This document shows, piece after piece, positions 49,801 to 63,797 of a stretch of 64,000 nt of DNA. Under the pieces are notes generated by a model, which was given only the letters and a program-made list of their open reading frames with translations, was not told the DNA's origin and did no database searches. This stretch comes from Tubulanus polymorphus. Its lineage: Eukaryota; Animalia; Nemertea. A program made the translations under genes and the position numbers. The first letter of the stretch is position 1. Each line of letters begins with the position of its first letter. The DNA lies in the NCBI RefSeq assembly GCF_964204645.1, contig NC_134035.1:6657101-6721100 (forward strand), read 5' to 3'.

Positions 49801-52800
49801 TCTCGCTATCTGATTCATATACGAGCGATTCAAAAAGCCGCCATTTTGTTTTCGCAAATCACGTAATCGGACTGATATAATCCGTCATTTCCCGTTTCTG
49901 TTTCATCTATCGCCGCCATTTTGTACCACCAGTATATCTTCCGTTTGGCAGATGCACTCAACATTACCTAAATCGCTTCAAAGACGTTGACGCAGTTGAT
50001 GCCACATCATGTTCGAATCCCGGCAATGCAATAATTTTGTTACCCATCATTCCTTCTTTGTGATTGAAGTACCGGTAAATTAATGTTCATTGAGTATACA
50101 TTCGTTTTCAAAGTTGTTATAGTTCGAACATATGTGCAATATGTGCAACTGTCACTGATGAAAACAAAAACAACTTTGTTAAAAATTGTTGTTTATTTCT
50201 GGATTCCTCACTGAACAAATTGATGCATTAAGGTAGATGAACCTAGTATTAACGAAATTATAGATCAAAGCGCGCAAGGAGAGCATGTGCGACAGACTAG
50301 TTCATGCAACTGCAACAAGGGGACTTTGAAAGAACCATATCTTCGGTTTAGTCATTTTGGAACATCGATACTTTTTACGTGGTAGCCCTTGTATGTAGCT
50401 GGATCCATATATCCAGCATATTGATGCCCCAGGTTGCGCTTCCTGGAAATAAGTCATATGTTATGGACTGATAAGAATTATTTCGATGACGCTTTCGATG
50501 ATGTGTTTCCAGTGCGATATATGAACCAGATAGGCAGAAACCTGTTACATTTTTATTGAAAATTGTCAATAGGCCTAATTGATAACTTGTGACCGACTTC
50601 ATTCACTTTTGCCTCTAAGTTGGTCTAACTTCATTGCCTCCATCCTTGAGGAAAGAGCTCTTCTGATGTCTGCTTCATCATGACTTTGGAGCATATCGTG
50701 TGTGTGGCCCAGCCGGCCCGGTCCCGCTTGGCTGTCACTCGATATCCTCTTGTGTCTGGGTTGATTAGACAATGTCATTTAAAATAACTTTTTATGTTAT
50801 TCTGGAATAACATGAATAACATTATATTATATGGAATTACGCATGAGTCTTGTATGTTGTATTTGCTTATCTTGAAATTTGAAACTTTATTGAATTTGGA
50901 AATTTTAAATGTAATAAAGATCAATAAAGAATTGAATTGAATTGTCACCTAATACACATGCCATCAGAGGACGCAGAGCCATACATGACAGCTATGCTAT
51001 TATAAATTGCTAATCTCATGAAACCTGCTTACCCCTAATATCGAATGTATTTTCTAAAACATTTGAATATTGAAATTATATGTTTACACATTTTTGTATT
51101 GACCGCATGAAGCCGCCAATGAAATTCACGCCGGCTTTGTCATTCCACCAGCATCCCCATCTCAGGGTCTTGCTTTTATATCAGATTTCTAAATCGTGTA
51201 TACATCCGCCATTATGACCGAATAATCCGATTTACTTATCATTTCTATTTATGCCTGCCGCTTCTGATATAATCATACATCCTTTATTATTACATTACGT
51301 CTTCTAATGATATTCAATGCAATATAACATTTCGACGTTCAAATAGAGCTCATTATATAATCACAGGAAGCCATTCAACATCATTGTCTATAATATATTA
51401 CCAAAGCTTGTATGTGTACACATAGACCTATGACGTTTTGCACATCGATTTACGGTTGTCGTTTGTAAAATGACGCTAAATGGTTAACATTGTTTAGGTT
51501 TCATAATGGTAACGTTTTATAAGGCGTCAAAAAATATTCTTAATAAATTAGAGGGACTAATCTATCATCAAGATATTTGGGACGCTCTTTCTGATTATGA
51601 TCCATTCTCAATCTGGTCCGGTCCATTCCAGGAACAAACACATTTAGAACGGTCTTAAACTAGTAGTTACATTGGCAACAGAGCTTGTGATAAAAGATGC
51701 TTTTTGGGAGATAAATCAAATATTCTGGCAAGACACTTACTCGCTCCTTGCGTTCACGACGTTCATCTTCGGTTTCATCTTTCCTTCTTCGTTTCCTTTT
51801 ACGTTTTGAACGTTTTCTTCCATCGTCGGAATCATCGCTTCCGTCTTCGCCATCTTCAGCTTCCTCTTCATCGTCGTGACTTCTTCTCTTTTTGCCTGAT
51901 GAAAATAAATGAAATGTATGTAAGTTCTGAATACTGTACTACTCCTTTGAACGGTTTCTTTCTTCTTAATATGAAAAGGTATACAAATTATCAATTGAAG
52001 TCATAAGGCTTAAGGTCATTTAACCTTTCCTCTGCATATTCACAGAGGATCTATGATACACCCACCATAAAGTGGTTTAAACAGTACGCATTTAGTTAAT
52101 ACACCCAATCCTAATCCCATTTCCATGAGAGGAAATTTGTCCTATAACAATGTTAAAGATAATCGAATATCGAGGTAAAGTTAAAATCTGTAGGTCCACA
52201 GACAAAAACTGATGAAACTAAGACAGCCACTGACTGTGCATAACGATGGACTGACCCAGAACCAGTCTGATGAGTATGTTACAGACCAGATCCCAACATA
52301 CACTCACTTTTTTTATCATGTTTTACAGTCAGTTGATTCAATTCAGCAGACGGAGCAGCTTCGGTGCCCATATCTTCTTCATCTGTCAATTCTCCCTCTT
52401 CCATGTCAATATCTTCAGCTTCTCTGATAATTTATAAAACATAGTTCAGCACTGGTGCACAGTGTAAAAACTCAATTACAACTATTTCAGGAAACCAGTG
52501 AACCAGTTAATAACCTATATTTGTTATGTTCATAAGCATGAAATTTTTCAGATTTTATTTGGGATAAACTCTCATTTTATTTTTTCATGACCTCAGTAGC
52601 TCAATGGAATAAGGAATGATGCTGTTGCTGGTGCGGGTTCGAGTCTCGCGAATATAACACTTTACAGGCCATATCCCGTCGTGAGGTTTGACGAACGAGG
52701 GTTAGTCCTGGGAAACAGGGCTCCAGACGATGTAAAAGCAAAAAAAAACCAAACATAAGTAAAACTTGTTTAATCCCAATTTCACATGAACCGGATAAAT

Positions 52801-54804
52801 TTCGTTGGTCCAAAATAATCCAAATAGGCCTAAGCAGATTCTACTGCATAACCACAGACTGCCAGTTAAAGAACAGAAAAGACAAAAGATATTTCATTCA
52901 TATGGTGCACTTTTTAGTTGGTATTATGGTCTAAGTCACCTTAGAAGCTACCTGATACTGGGTACACAATGGGTATCCAAAGGCCCTATAGATAAGAGAA
53001 TCTTTTTTAAATACATCAAATTCTACACATTGCTTTAAACGGGCAGGGAAATAGTCTACACATGAATGCATGGTTTTGGCATGACATTATTAGTAGATTT
53101 ATCGGTAGATTTATGGAAACTTTCCTGGATTGGTCCCATTTGAATGATGAGGACCAAGTAGTAGGTACAGTAAATGTAAGCAATTTGACAGGAACTTGAA
53201 ACAATTGCAATTCAGATGTCTCTAGAGATGATGTTGTATTGTAGATTTATTTGGTTTTGTTATTGAAGTCTATTTAAGTTTTTCCGCCATTTAATTTTTC
53301 TATTCTATTTTCATTTAAAAGTTGTGATCAAAATATACCTTGAGAACTTGTATCTCTCATTAGAAAGCCTATCGTTCCAACTTTGGTATGTGTCTAATCA
53401 AAGGGTGAGGTGGGGGCAAGAAAGAATTAGACTTGACACAACAATCGAAATTTTGAAATGAACCCTAAGGCCATTTCATTTGATTAATATTTGTTGGGTT
53501 CTTTTGAATGCTTGTGATATGGATTACTGTGGAGGGATTTTTGGGTTTTGCTTAAGAAATCTTTTCATAGGGACAATTGGCACCATTTTTTACTATTGAT
53601 ATTATAACAACATTTGTAGCAGGCAAGCATCTTCCATCTACTAAATATTCATTCCATCAAATATTGCCTCTCAAATCCTATAGATGGCAGACGCGTCAGA
53701 CGTGTTAAATTGTTAAGTCAAGAACGTAGCAGTAGGTGGCAGCACCGAATGTAGTCGCAGTATCGAGTCTTATTTTCACCACGAACAATATCAGCTATCA
53801 TTGTCATTATTTACAGGGAAGAATTTCAAATCAAATAAACGTTTATCAAAATATATTTTTACGAATTAATTGGAAATTAGGAAAATGACTCCATTAAAAA
53901 AATACGAAACATTGTCCAACATACTAACCGGTTTAGGCCAAATATATTAGAATGCTTTATGAGGAAGCAATTAAATCATATATTGTAGAAATTACATTTT
54001 TTCTAGGGGTATATAAGTTAAATGACGTTAAAAGCACTCATTAACAATTTCTGTGCCTGATGCGTTGGCCAAGGCACTGTCAGAAGGAAATTCACATTTA
54101 ATTCATTTATGCTCGAAGCAGTTCTTGGATCATGCTTTATTCTTCACGTGAAATATAATAGTCAGGCTCTTTTGTTGTATTCATTTTTAATAATACATGT
54201 GCACATGTATCAGCATATTTCGCTGAATCGATTGTGCAATCTGGTTATAATCGTGCAGTAAGTATATCGTTTGATTAATAGCATTGCAGCCTACCACCCA
54301 CCAGACCCATTATTATAATGTGTATAAAGCTAACACCCCAATCTACAGAATGGACTGGTCTGAAGTCGACGTTCACGTCGTGCTCCGCTAAGTCGTATGA
54401 AGCTCATAGATGTGTAGAAATAAATACGCCAAAAATAAATAAGATCCCGCTTCACTAATATTCACACTCGCATGCATGCATTATTAACAAGGACAGAATG
54501 GAAAAAAATAAACACCAAATTGATCTGGGAACGAATAAAAACTACACATAAAGCACTGCCACACAGGAGCTAGGGCTAATTTGCATAATTTATGCCAACG
54601 CTACTCCAACTCTTTTTAAATCGCGAATTTGAATCTTCCTTACGAAATATACCCTTTCGGTTACCTTCAAGCTGCAAATCATCATATTAATTTATAATCC
54701 TTACGACGGCGATATTGTTGGTGGAATGAAACAATTTGTTAGAAAGATGGAAGTTGTTTCTGCCGATATTAAATACTCGACCTTTGTTTGTCCGCTGTCT
54801 CCAT
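40893..54804 (-). CDS. ZC3H4: ZC3H4/ZC3H6-like CCCH zinc finger protein (Restrictor subunit, Su(s)-like), about 1300 aa
   Basis: Exons 5'->3': 54804-54782 (tentative), 52423-52308, 51895-51741, 49067-48694, 48260-48176, 48089-47772, 47207-47096, 46114-45929, 45841-45757, 45560-45136, 44587-44330, 43894-43794, 42789-42566, 42336-40893. Phases are consistent. Contains an EEGEL motif, an RGG tract, three CCCH fingers, KKIPSL, IPDNLPPVQRQLLLRLQQ, WYSDSSDDE, DPR repeats and a terminal DPTASPFC as in ZC3H4/6. Confidence 0.9.
46115..47095 (-). other. U12-type AT-AC intron (981 nt)
   Basis: 5' splice site ATATCCTTTT, branch point TTTCCTTGAC (46136-46127), 3' end CCAC. Splicing gives CIYMHG-EFPCKYY in frame. 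Confidence 0.92.
46466..47000. mobile_element. Non-autonomous hAT-like element with a 6-bp TSD
   Basis: CAGAGATGATAA / TTCTCATCTCTG termini. ACTTGT is duplicated at 46460-46465 and 47001-47006. Confidence 0.65.
49421..51165 (+). mobile_element. Helentron-associated element, second family (boundaries approximate)
   Basis: TTTTAGGGTTTCTG...CAGAAACCCT hairpin followed by (ATT)n. An inverted relative of this end lies at about 25130-25200. Confidence 0.45.
52589..52748 (+). mobile_element. tRNA-derived SINE
   Basis: A box TAGCTCAATGG, B box GGTTCGAGTC, A-rich tail. Confidence 0.6.
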
Positions 54805-55029
54805 ATCTTTGTGCACTAACCCCGAACAGGGTGTGGGAGTTTTAGTAAACACACACTCTTTTCGAGGGACTTTTAACGAAGATGTGTGTTCACATCGACC
54901 CCAAGTTTATAACTAAAATGCTCTTGGTATCTATAGCTATCATTTGAGTACAAATGTGGTAGGTAAACGGTCCGGTATCCGCCCGAATTTTACGTTGAAA
55001 TTCCTGGCAATATTCTAGCCGCACAGCGT

Positions 55030-55080
55030 TAGAGCTACAACATGGCGCGCACTGATGAAACGAAGCGATGACGTCACGCT
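55030..55080. promoter_or_regulatory. Candidate promoter region upstream of the ZC3H4-like gene
   Basis: YY1-like AACATGGCG and a CRE (TGACGTCA) in a CpG-richer patch just upstream of the tentative first exon. Confidence 0.35.
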
Positions 55081-56670
55081 TTCCTCTATACGTTTACAAG
55101 GGCCACGCCAGTCCAATAGTTTGTTTAACAAACTTTGCATTTTCCTTATTGTTTCATCAATTAAGCATTATTGCTGGACTAGAGGAAAACAAATCATATA
55201 AACATTTCACATAATTTCTCCAGTCACTGTGGTAGCAAATTAATTCAGGTAAATTAAAATTTATATTTTTCTACTAATTAACAGGGGCACTGATTTATTG
55301 AAATCGCGGGTTCCCACGTAGGCCTTGCACTGCCGTGGGTTGTTGAGATTAACATTTCTAAATTTCCATTGGAAATGAAAGTGCACTCGAGCGCAAAAAT
55401 CGGTCGGTAGACAAAAAAAAAACCGTTGGGCGGACGGTCTCCCGGGCGAGTGATGAAAAAAAATTTCAAATGGTTTAATCTTACATCAAGTATTTGTATA
55501 TTGTCAACCCAAGTTTGGCCTATTGCCACGGTCGCAATCCAGTTGGACAGCGTGTATTGAATTTACACGAACGCGGCGTAATTTTATTAATTTTGCCATG
55601 AGGTCGGTTTTTTTAACGTCGAGAAATCTGGGCTGTTCTTTGGCGGAAAGTAGGTTTTAATTGAATTCTGTCCAGGCTAAAGCCTTTACAAAATCTGCTC
55701 GGTGTGGGCTACCATCTCAAGTGAGAAACGAAAAATGTTATAATTGCTGGTGAAAAGCGCGAGGATAACAAACGAAGAATTAATCTCGCATTGCCTGATT
55801 TGGACGCGTTCCCAATATTGTTCGCAAGCTCGAACGCGAGACAGTTCAAAGACCTTTGTCAAGAAATTCAAGATTGGTTTAGAAAGATTACTAAAACATA
55901 AGAATAATATTTTATAACATCTCGGATGTTATAATTTGTCACTATTGAGTCAAATGAAATATAACCAGTATAATCATGATACTACTACATTACATGATCG
56001 CTCCGTGCACAGTTTGGCTGCGTGCCAATTTAAAGCCTTTCGCCTAGATGGCATTAGCATACGGACAATATCTCTGTAGAAGCAATGGAAGATCATATGA
56101 ATGGCCTTAAATTGCTCTCAATGTACTATACTGTATTTATCATTTGCAAACTAGATGGATACCCCTCAATGTTTATCTAGAATTGGAACATTATTGCTGC
56201 GAAATGCGGTCTGATTTATGCTCGAAAATTGATGCCGTAATTTCTATGTAGGTGGTGCACCTTGCAATTAGCAGCCTATTTTTGAGTTGGATGGATTCAA
56301 ATGGACGAAGGAAAAACCCACTTTTGTGTAATGTATATTTCAACTTTACAGATAGCCTAGCTTAGTCAGTTTTGGAAGTAGTTTGCTTAGAGAACATACG
56401 GTACCGGCGGCACAGGCACTCACCGATGAGCTTGGCCTTGGTATACTATACAGAATAGTTCCTCGGAGCGGAGGCCCAGGCACTGACTGATGCAGGCAGT
56501 GCAGGACTCAGGAGAGGAGGACCTCCTCCTCTCCTGGGCTACGGGTTTTTGAAGGATAGAGATTGGATAATGTATCTATGTTTGGTTTGTGACTGGTTAT
56601 TCTGCAATAAATCGGGATCAGAGGAAAAACGTCTTGCTATTGATACGTTCAAAAGTTGGCCGCTGTCTCG

Positions 56671-57120
56671 GGTCATCCTTATTACCGAGATGATGTATTT
56701 TACCAAGATGAACCGAGATCAACCGAGATGAAATTAAATATAACATATTTATTTATTCCTTATCGATTTTAACACTTGAAATCATGTTATATCAGTAATA
56801 AATACCTCCGACCTAGAGTCATATTTTACATATTTTTTTATTTAAAAAAATTTTGACAAAAAACGTAAACTCGGTTAGCAATAAAATTTCATTGAATTTG
56901 ATTGATCGACGATATCATCTCGGTAAAGTTAAAAGTTATTTTTCCAAAAATATCCGACAAAATTTGTAAAATATGAACCCAGCAGGCATTTATTACTGAT
57001 ATAATATGATTTCAATGGTTAAAATCGATATGGAATAAATAAATATGTTATATTTAATTTCATCTCGGTTGATCTCGGTTCATCTCGGTAAAATACATCA
57101 TCTCGGTAATAAGGATGACC
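56671..57120. mobile_element. Mutator-like MITE with long TIRs
   Basis: Near-perfect TIRs of more than 100 bp (GGTCATCCTTATTACCGAGATG...). GCTGTCTC is duplicated on both flanks. Confidence 0.8.
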
Positions 57121-58230
57121 GGCTGTCTCCACACACGGCAACCTAAAAAAATACAACAAACTTCGTTTTTCAATGGGCACAACGCATTAAATTAATGAAG
57201 AAATTAAATAGATTCTTAGGTAAAACTTGGAAAAATGAAAACTTATTATGTCGAAATTCGACAAATAGATAAGTAAAAATTGTGAACAAATTATCTCGTA
57301 TGTCACCTAGGGGCTTCCGTTCTGACGGGAGCTGTTTTAAAAAATTATTATTTTGCAAAAATCTTATTTTTACAGTCGGCACAAACCAGAAACAAACATA
57401 TATTTATTTTGGTGTGGCTCAACAGCAGTGGTTACTGGCAAAACTAATTATTTTTTTCTACAATTTTATCTATAGAGTTTCTGAAGAAAGAATTGATGCG
57501 ATAAACTGATTAACTTTATAAAGATAAACAAGAAGTGAATTGAGTAACAATGTCTGACAGTGAAGATTTCTCTGATGCCGAAAGTGAAAAGAGCTTCCAT
57601 GGTTTCAGCAGTGGTGTAAGTAATAGATACTGCTTTCATTTTAATGTAAACCCAGAGAACTGGCAATTTAGGTAATGTTGAAACCATCCACAAAACGGAA
57701 GTGATATTGAAAAGAGACAAAATGGCGGCTTTTTGAATCGCAGAAGGGGTAGGGTCTAGAGGGTCCAGAGGGTTAGGGTCAAGAGGGTCCAGAGGGTTAG
57801 GGTTAGGCTTAGGTTCCGTTACATATTTTAACATTGTAGGGTTAGGATGAGGCTATAAGTAGTTAAAAAGTTACGACTGAACGAAGCAACCGTCGTAGCG
57901 CTTTGGGGTAACGTTAGGCTTGCACTCTTATGCTTGCGTGTTCGAATCCCAATTTTCGTGAATCTTTCTCAGAATTTTCTAAGTCCAGCGCATTCGCGCA
58001 TGCGCATTGGATTGATTTGTGGATGGTTTCAACATTACACAAATTGCAGAGAACTGCGTAGAACTGATGAATTTTAATTAAATCCACTTTGAGGGTTAAT
58101 AAAGCAAGGGACTGAGTGTGATCTTGTTTGCTTTGAGGAAATTTTGCAAATATCAGGGAGATGTAGGGCAACATTAAAAAAGGTGCCCGGAAAGTTCAAT
58201 CTTCCCTTGGCAGGGATTCAGGTCTGGTGG

Positions 58231-58534
58231 CAGGGCGGATCTCGCGGGTCTTAAAGAAGAAAGGGTCTCCTGGAAGACCCTCAAAATATTTAAGTGCCCT
58301 CAAAAATTTTGCTCGCAAAACAATTTCATGACTCTAAATGCAGGAAATGGCCTCAAATCAGTGCTGGAATCTCAAAATTTTCTGTGGGGGCCTCAGACCC
58401 CCCCTGAAGGGCTTCGCGCTGAAGCAGTGTTAGCCTCGCGCGTTGCGCTTGGTGTGTTATCAGTGCCCTTTTCTTTTAGGTATACCCCTAGAATTCTGAG
58501 AAGACCCTCGGATTTACCCCTAGATCCACCCCTG
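58231..58534. mobile_element. Non-autonomous TIR element
   Basis: CAGGGCGGATCT / AGATCCACCCCTG termini; GGTGG on both flanks. Confidence 0.6.
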
Positions 58535-58664
58535 GGTGGCATCGAGATTCTTTTATAACAGGATACCCACAGTCTGATAAATGCCCTGTGTAGATATATT
58601 TGCTTAGCTGCACAAAAACACACAACACCTATCAGATTGCTGTTGTCTATGGCAAATTCATTAA

Positions 58665-61600
58665 AGGGTTATGAAGACTTTTTTAGATAGCAACAATTTT
58701 CCGCAAAACAAATGATTTATATATATCTATAGTATTGCTGCATTGAAATGCATTTAAAAAAATTGATAACTTGCAAAATCGAGTGTTTTGTTCACGATGT
58801 GGCGACATCTCGCGAACCCGGAAGTGATGACGTCATTCTTAGAATAACACAAACAACGAAGATGGAAGCCAATGTAGTAGAAACACTTATCAAACTGTGA
58901 AAGCGATGGAGAAAGTTCGAATAAATCTTCATCTATCACAATATCCGAATCAATACCAGCCGACGAAGAAGATTAAATGTTTCGGATAAAGAGGAGGAGA
59001 TCATTTTAATGCCTCACATGTTCGAGCCTGAGGCATCATCGTCTGACAGCGACGGCGAAAATCTCGATTCAAATGAAATGGATTGGCGATTGGATCTCAA
59101 TAGGTTTTCACACTGGTCAGTGTCATATTCATTTATTCATTTTTAAGAATTTTTCAAATTCATTGAAACTGTACTGTAAGTAAGCCCCTTTTTTAAATTT
59201 TGGAAATACAATATTGTATTGATGTTTTCCAGCCTTTGTCATTGCCTGTGGTCTTCCTGCATTTTCATTATAATGCAAAGCCGCTAGATAAATCCTGTCA
59301 ACAGAAAAATATCAAAAATATTTTCCAATAACAATACTTTTGATATAATTCAGTACCGGTAATACAAAATGTAATCAAAATACCTGCTGTTCATTCTTCT
59401 GTATGAGAATTTGTACACCTTGGGCGCAAAATGGTTAACAACACTGTGATAACATTCAACGCCACTGGTTTGACCAAGAGATGACATACTGGCCACGTCA
59501 TTGATGAATGATTTCTTAGTAAGCAATTTTACTAATTTATCGGTTACTTCCCAACCTAGAAAATATATAATTATACCATTAATATTGGATAATTCTTGGA
59601 CTGACTTTAGAAACCTGTAAACTAACACTAGTACCTGATTTGAACCATTTCCGCTTACCTCCTATTTGTTGATGTACACAATCCACATGATCATTTTGAA
59701 TGTGTTTGACACAAGTCAACCACTTCGCCCTAATCTTTTCCTTGTTACCTGGTTCTGATGACACGGCGCACCAATATATATGGAATGTTAGGCTTTTTGT
59801 CAATTCGGAGATTAGAGAAAATCCATTTTGCTTGCATCGCCTCCTAAAATAAGTGGCTGATTTTTCAGGCTCTCCAATACGATACTGCAAGATCTCTCCC
59901 AAATCGTCTCGACTGCGTTGTGGAGGTACTTTGTCTGATGGGAGAAGAATGCCCTGAACGACTGACATTGTACTCCAATAACCCTAATAATAAGTATAAT
60001 TGAGAAAAATATTATGGAATCAAATACTACAATAATAAGATAAAATACATCATTGTTGGTTGCTTACTTCATCAAACGTAAAATTTTAGTAGGCAAACTT
60101 CCCGTGAAAAGTATCGCAGCACTCAAAAGTATGTTCAGTATTGACAATTGGCCAATTGAAAGTTGATTTAGCCACACATCGATGAAACCACAATTCTGAC
60201 AGGTAGTATGCACAGTGAGCAGAGTTCCTTTTACCTTCAAAATGAATTCGTAAATTTTTAATGCGAGGTCTTTTCATACCCGAGTAGCCGAAAGGAATGA
60301 ATGTCTATTGTATTTTTAGTCTATAGCATCTGTACTTTTTTATAACATTTATTTTCTCCTCGACATTGAAGACAGACCACCAGGAGTTTAAGAAGGGCAT
60401 TCTCAAAAACAAAGTATTTTTGTCTTTTCTGATGGGACAAATTTTAATCAAACCTGCAGAATGAAAAAAAGTTTGAAATCATTGGATGGTTTATTTTTTA
60501 TATAATTTTGTTCTGATAATAAAGGCTTACCGCATCTCTTCGTATGACTCGATTTCATCAAATTCACTAATGTCAGGATAGTATTCTGGATCATCAATTT
60601 CGTCAAAATTAATATCACTACATCTGTCATCATCCGAGTCATCATACCAGTGCTCACTTTCATAACAAATTCTTTTTTAAGGTGTGGATGGCAGTAGACT
60701 GGACTCGTTTCTTTGATTGACAATTTTCACATTTAGGTATCCATTTCCGAGTCTGTTTACCTAAAAAAAAATTGTTATTATACTCAATATTACCTTGCTG
60801 AAAAACCAGGGGGACAATAATCATTAGTTTATCGGAAGGTGTACCTTTGTCGAGTGGATTGAAGATTAATACGGAATCATTTGCTATCATATCGAGAGAC
60901 GAGTCAATCGGTTCTATACCAGAGATATTCAATGGCTGAATTGCCTCTTCTACCAACCGTCATCTCTTACGCCTATGGTATGCACCACCCGTTGTTCTGG
61001 GTGTTGATGAAAAGGATCCTTGTTGGTAGCTACCAGCTATAATGCGATTCTACTGTCACTGATTCATCCCGGCCTCCAACCATTTGAACAGTAGGAATAG
61101 CATCCTGTTTCAGATATAAGCTGGAAGATAGGTAAAGTGGTAGTAATTCTTTACAACTGTGTAAACGATGTGTAAATTTGTTGGTATATCTTGAAACAAA
61201 AATTACTTGAATTGAATTGAAATTTTATGGATTGGTTTCCTATTGAAATGATCAAATATTATTAACATCGGATGGGCACTTATTTAGGCTATGTCTTTTA
61301 AATTGTGAGTTGTAATTACTTCTTGGCGAATCCACTCTTATATTTCAAAAGTTTTTCAAAAACTATTGTCGGTAAAGTGTTTATAGCACAATACACTACT
61401 CCCCGACAGCTTCCAATTCTGTCTTTTTGTGCAAATAAAAGTCGTCCACAGTCGAGCATGCCTTTTGTCCCTGGGCCAAGGATAGGCACGATCATCCTGG
61501 TGCCCACAATTCATCGCCACGCATCGACGAGGCATGATTAAAAGCGAAAATAAAGCGGTGATCTGCTGTATAGAAAAAACAAACCACACAGTACGGCACT

Positions 61601-61812
61601 AGCTTACTGCAGTATGCAGCTGCTCGTTCTAAGAATGACATCATCCGCTGAGCGCTCGGATGTTAGCGTCTCATTGCTAAGGGAGTTGCTAGGGCCCCTA
61701 AAAGTTTTTTCATAAAAATTTCAAATTGTATTTATTTACAATGCCATTCTAAGTCACTGATCACATATTCATTGAATTCGGTTAAAATAGTTTTATAATC
61801 TTCATAACCCCT
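58665..61812 (-). mobile_element. Degenerate Kolobok DNA transposon
   Basis: TTAA TSD (58661-58664 and 61813-61816) and TIR AGGG(G)TTATGAAGA. Minus-strand THAP domain from ATG 61535 (CVAMNC...W...LCYKHF...DAIPTV). Transposase fragments HIYWC, TSGVECYHSVVNHFAPK and LAALHYNEN. A convergent plus-strand ORF remnant is also present. Confidence 0.8.
58862..59115 (+). pseudogene. KolX-like (P2X7 C-terminal-like) first exon remnant
   Basis: Acidic segment MPHMFEPEASSSDSD...RLDLNRFSHW followed by a donor. It is frameshifted upstream and the remainder appears deleted. Confidence 0.5.
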
Positions 61813-62037
61813 TTAATAGCTATAAATAGCTATATTTAATAAACAAGATTTCTGATTGGTGGTCATATTATTGTGGCTTATTAGTGCACAAATAGCTACA
61901 CACGGGCAGCAGAATCCCCCATTGCCATCAGATTTCAGAGTTCCTGTCACCTAAAATTAATCAAAACACTGAAATTGATATGGATTAAGTGAATTGGGCT
62001 AGGATTAGAAACATTATCATTTTTGTATAATTTGTAG

Positions 62038-62256
62038 GAAGAAGGCGATGGTGGAGGCAGGAAATCAGGTAGTGATGGAGGCAGCCCTGCGACTAGACGC
62101 AGTGCTGCTGCTGGTGATGGTAGTGATGCAGATAGCGATGCTGGACCGAGTCGTAGAAATCCCGTTATCAGCCACGATGATGAAGATGCCGGAAGTGATG
62201 ATGAGGAATCTGGTCGTAAGAGGAAAAATAGTTTCATCGATGATGAAGGAGATGAG
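62038..62256 (+). CDS. Internal exon of an unidentified gene (acidic, Ser/Gly-rich, 73 codons)
   Basis: tttgtag|GAA...GAG|gtaatt, 219 nt open in phase 0: EEGDGGGRKSGSDGGSP...RKRKNSFIDDEGDE. Confidence 0.65.
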
Positions 62257-62676
62257 GTAATTTAGAGGTGATCATTGTAATAGATCACCACCTAATATAG
62301 ATATAAAAACCGATATAGGTGTAGAGGTTACTTCTTTTAAATTGGTCTGCAATACAATGTGTAATACTGATGTTTTGGGATTGTCGATGACTTAAAAACA
62401 CTATTGTTAAATTTGGATTTGAAATAGCTTAGAGACACAACTCAATCTCAGTGCCATGTATCTTATACCCACCATGTATCAACTTCAGAGGTGAGGCCTA
62501 CACTCGTATATCTTCAACTATTTTCCTACACCGTATTAAAGCGTGTTTGGTTCAATGATAGGAATATCATAGTGTGTTTAAAACTCATTCGTCTTAACTC
62601 TAACCCATTAGCATTCAAGCCGACCGTATCCGCACTGCCTATTACTCCTCAAGCCACCCAAATCCGTCCCGGCACC

Positions 62677-63797
62677 TTTTAGCCTACTTTGGACTTAAGT
62701 CCCAGCGGGCTATTGCGTTCACTTTTCGTCCGTCATCCGTCTGTTCGCCCATCCGTCCGTCTGTAGATGGAATCGAGTAATTTTGGAAGTTTTGAAGACG
62801 CTTCAAGGTAATGTCTTGATATTTTGGTTACACATGTAGCTACCCTAGACACATCTTCAGCCCAAAAACTGGCCCTGTCAGAAACAAGATGGCCGACTGG
62901 CAGCCATTGTTGTCTGCAAAATCAGCATTTTTTACACGTTTTTGAACTCTTTGAGGGAAATTTTGAAGACGCTTTGATCAATTACCTTGGTCTTTCGTAT
63001 ATATTTGAATCCCCCAAGGGCCCATCAGCATAACAAAAATTGGGTCGATCGGACTCAAGATGGCCATCCTATGGCCTTTTTAGTGCCCAAAAATATCAAT
63101 TTTTGACCAAATTCTGAGTCCTGTAGCTTCCTACTGGTTTGCCATTTCTCATTGCAATTGCTGATGGGTATTCTTTGGAAAGGGATGTTTCATACCTGAG
63201 ACTGGTATTTTCGATCAGTTAATTATGACGCAATTGGCAGCCATCTTGGTGTCATCAGTACTCATTTGTAAGTGGGAAAAAGTTTTTCGACATTATATTG
63301 ATACCTAAGCATATTTGTTAGCACAATAAATTAGAAAGTTGTAGCTTATAACGTGTTCTATGATTGTGGTGAGTTTCAAGGTCATTGGTTTTTGTATATT
63401 GCCACCAGGGGGCGTTGAATAATACAATAACTTAGTATTTCTATATTATAATTGTACCAATGCGTATTTTGTTACCTCAATCAATTGCAATGTTGTAGCT
63501 CATGACATCGTCTATGATTGTGGTGAGTTTCAAGAACATAAGTTATTCTATATGGTCAACAGGGGCGTTCAATAGTAGAATAACTTAGTATTTCCTTATA
63601 AGATTGGTACCTAGGCATATTTTGTACCACAATCAATTAAATAATCGTAGCTGCTGATATGTTCTATTATTGTGGTGAGTTTCAAGGTTATTGGTTTTGT
63701 ATATGGTCACCAGGGGGCGTTGAATATTGAAATTGTGAGATTGTTGAGCATTTGAAACCACTTCCGAAGTGGGCATGATGTCCCTGGACCCCTAATT
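62677..63797 (+). mobile_element. Helentron-associated element with internal tandem duplications
   Basis: Colinear with 36731-37582. The block TATGATTGTGGTGAGTTTCAAG occurs three times. Confidence 0.7.

Noticed and set aside
57745-57850. TTAGGG-like repeats as an interstitial telomere, and a 122-aa ORF
   Set aside because: Few degenerate units, probably part of a repeat element. The ORF is the low-complexity translation of them.
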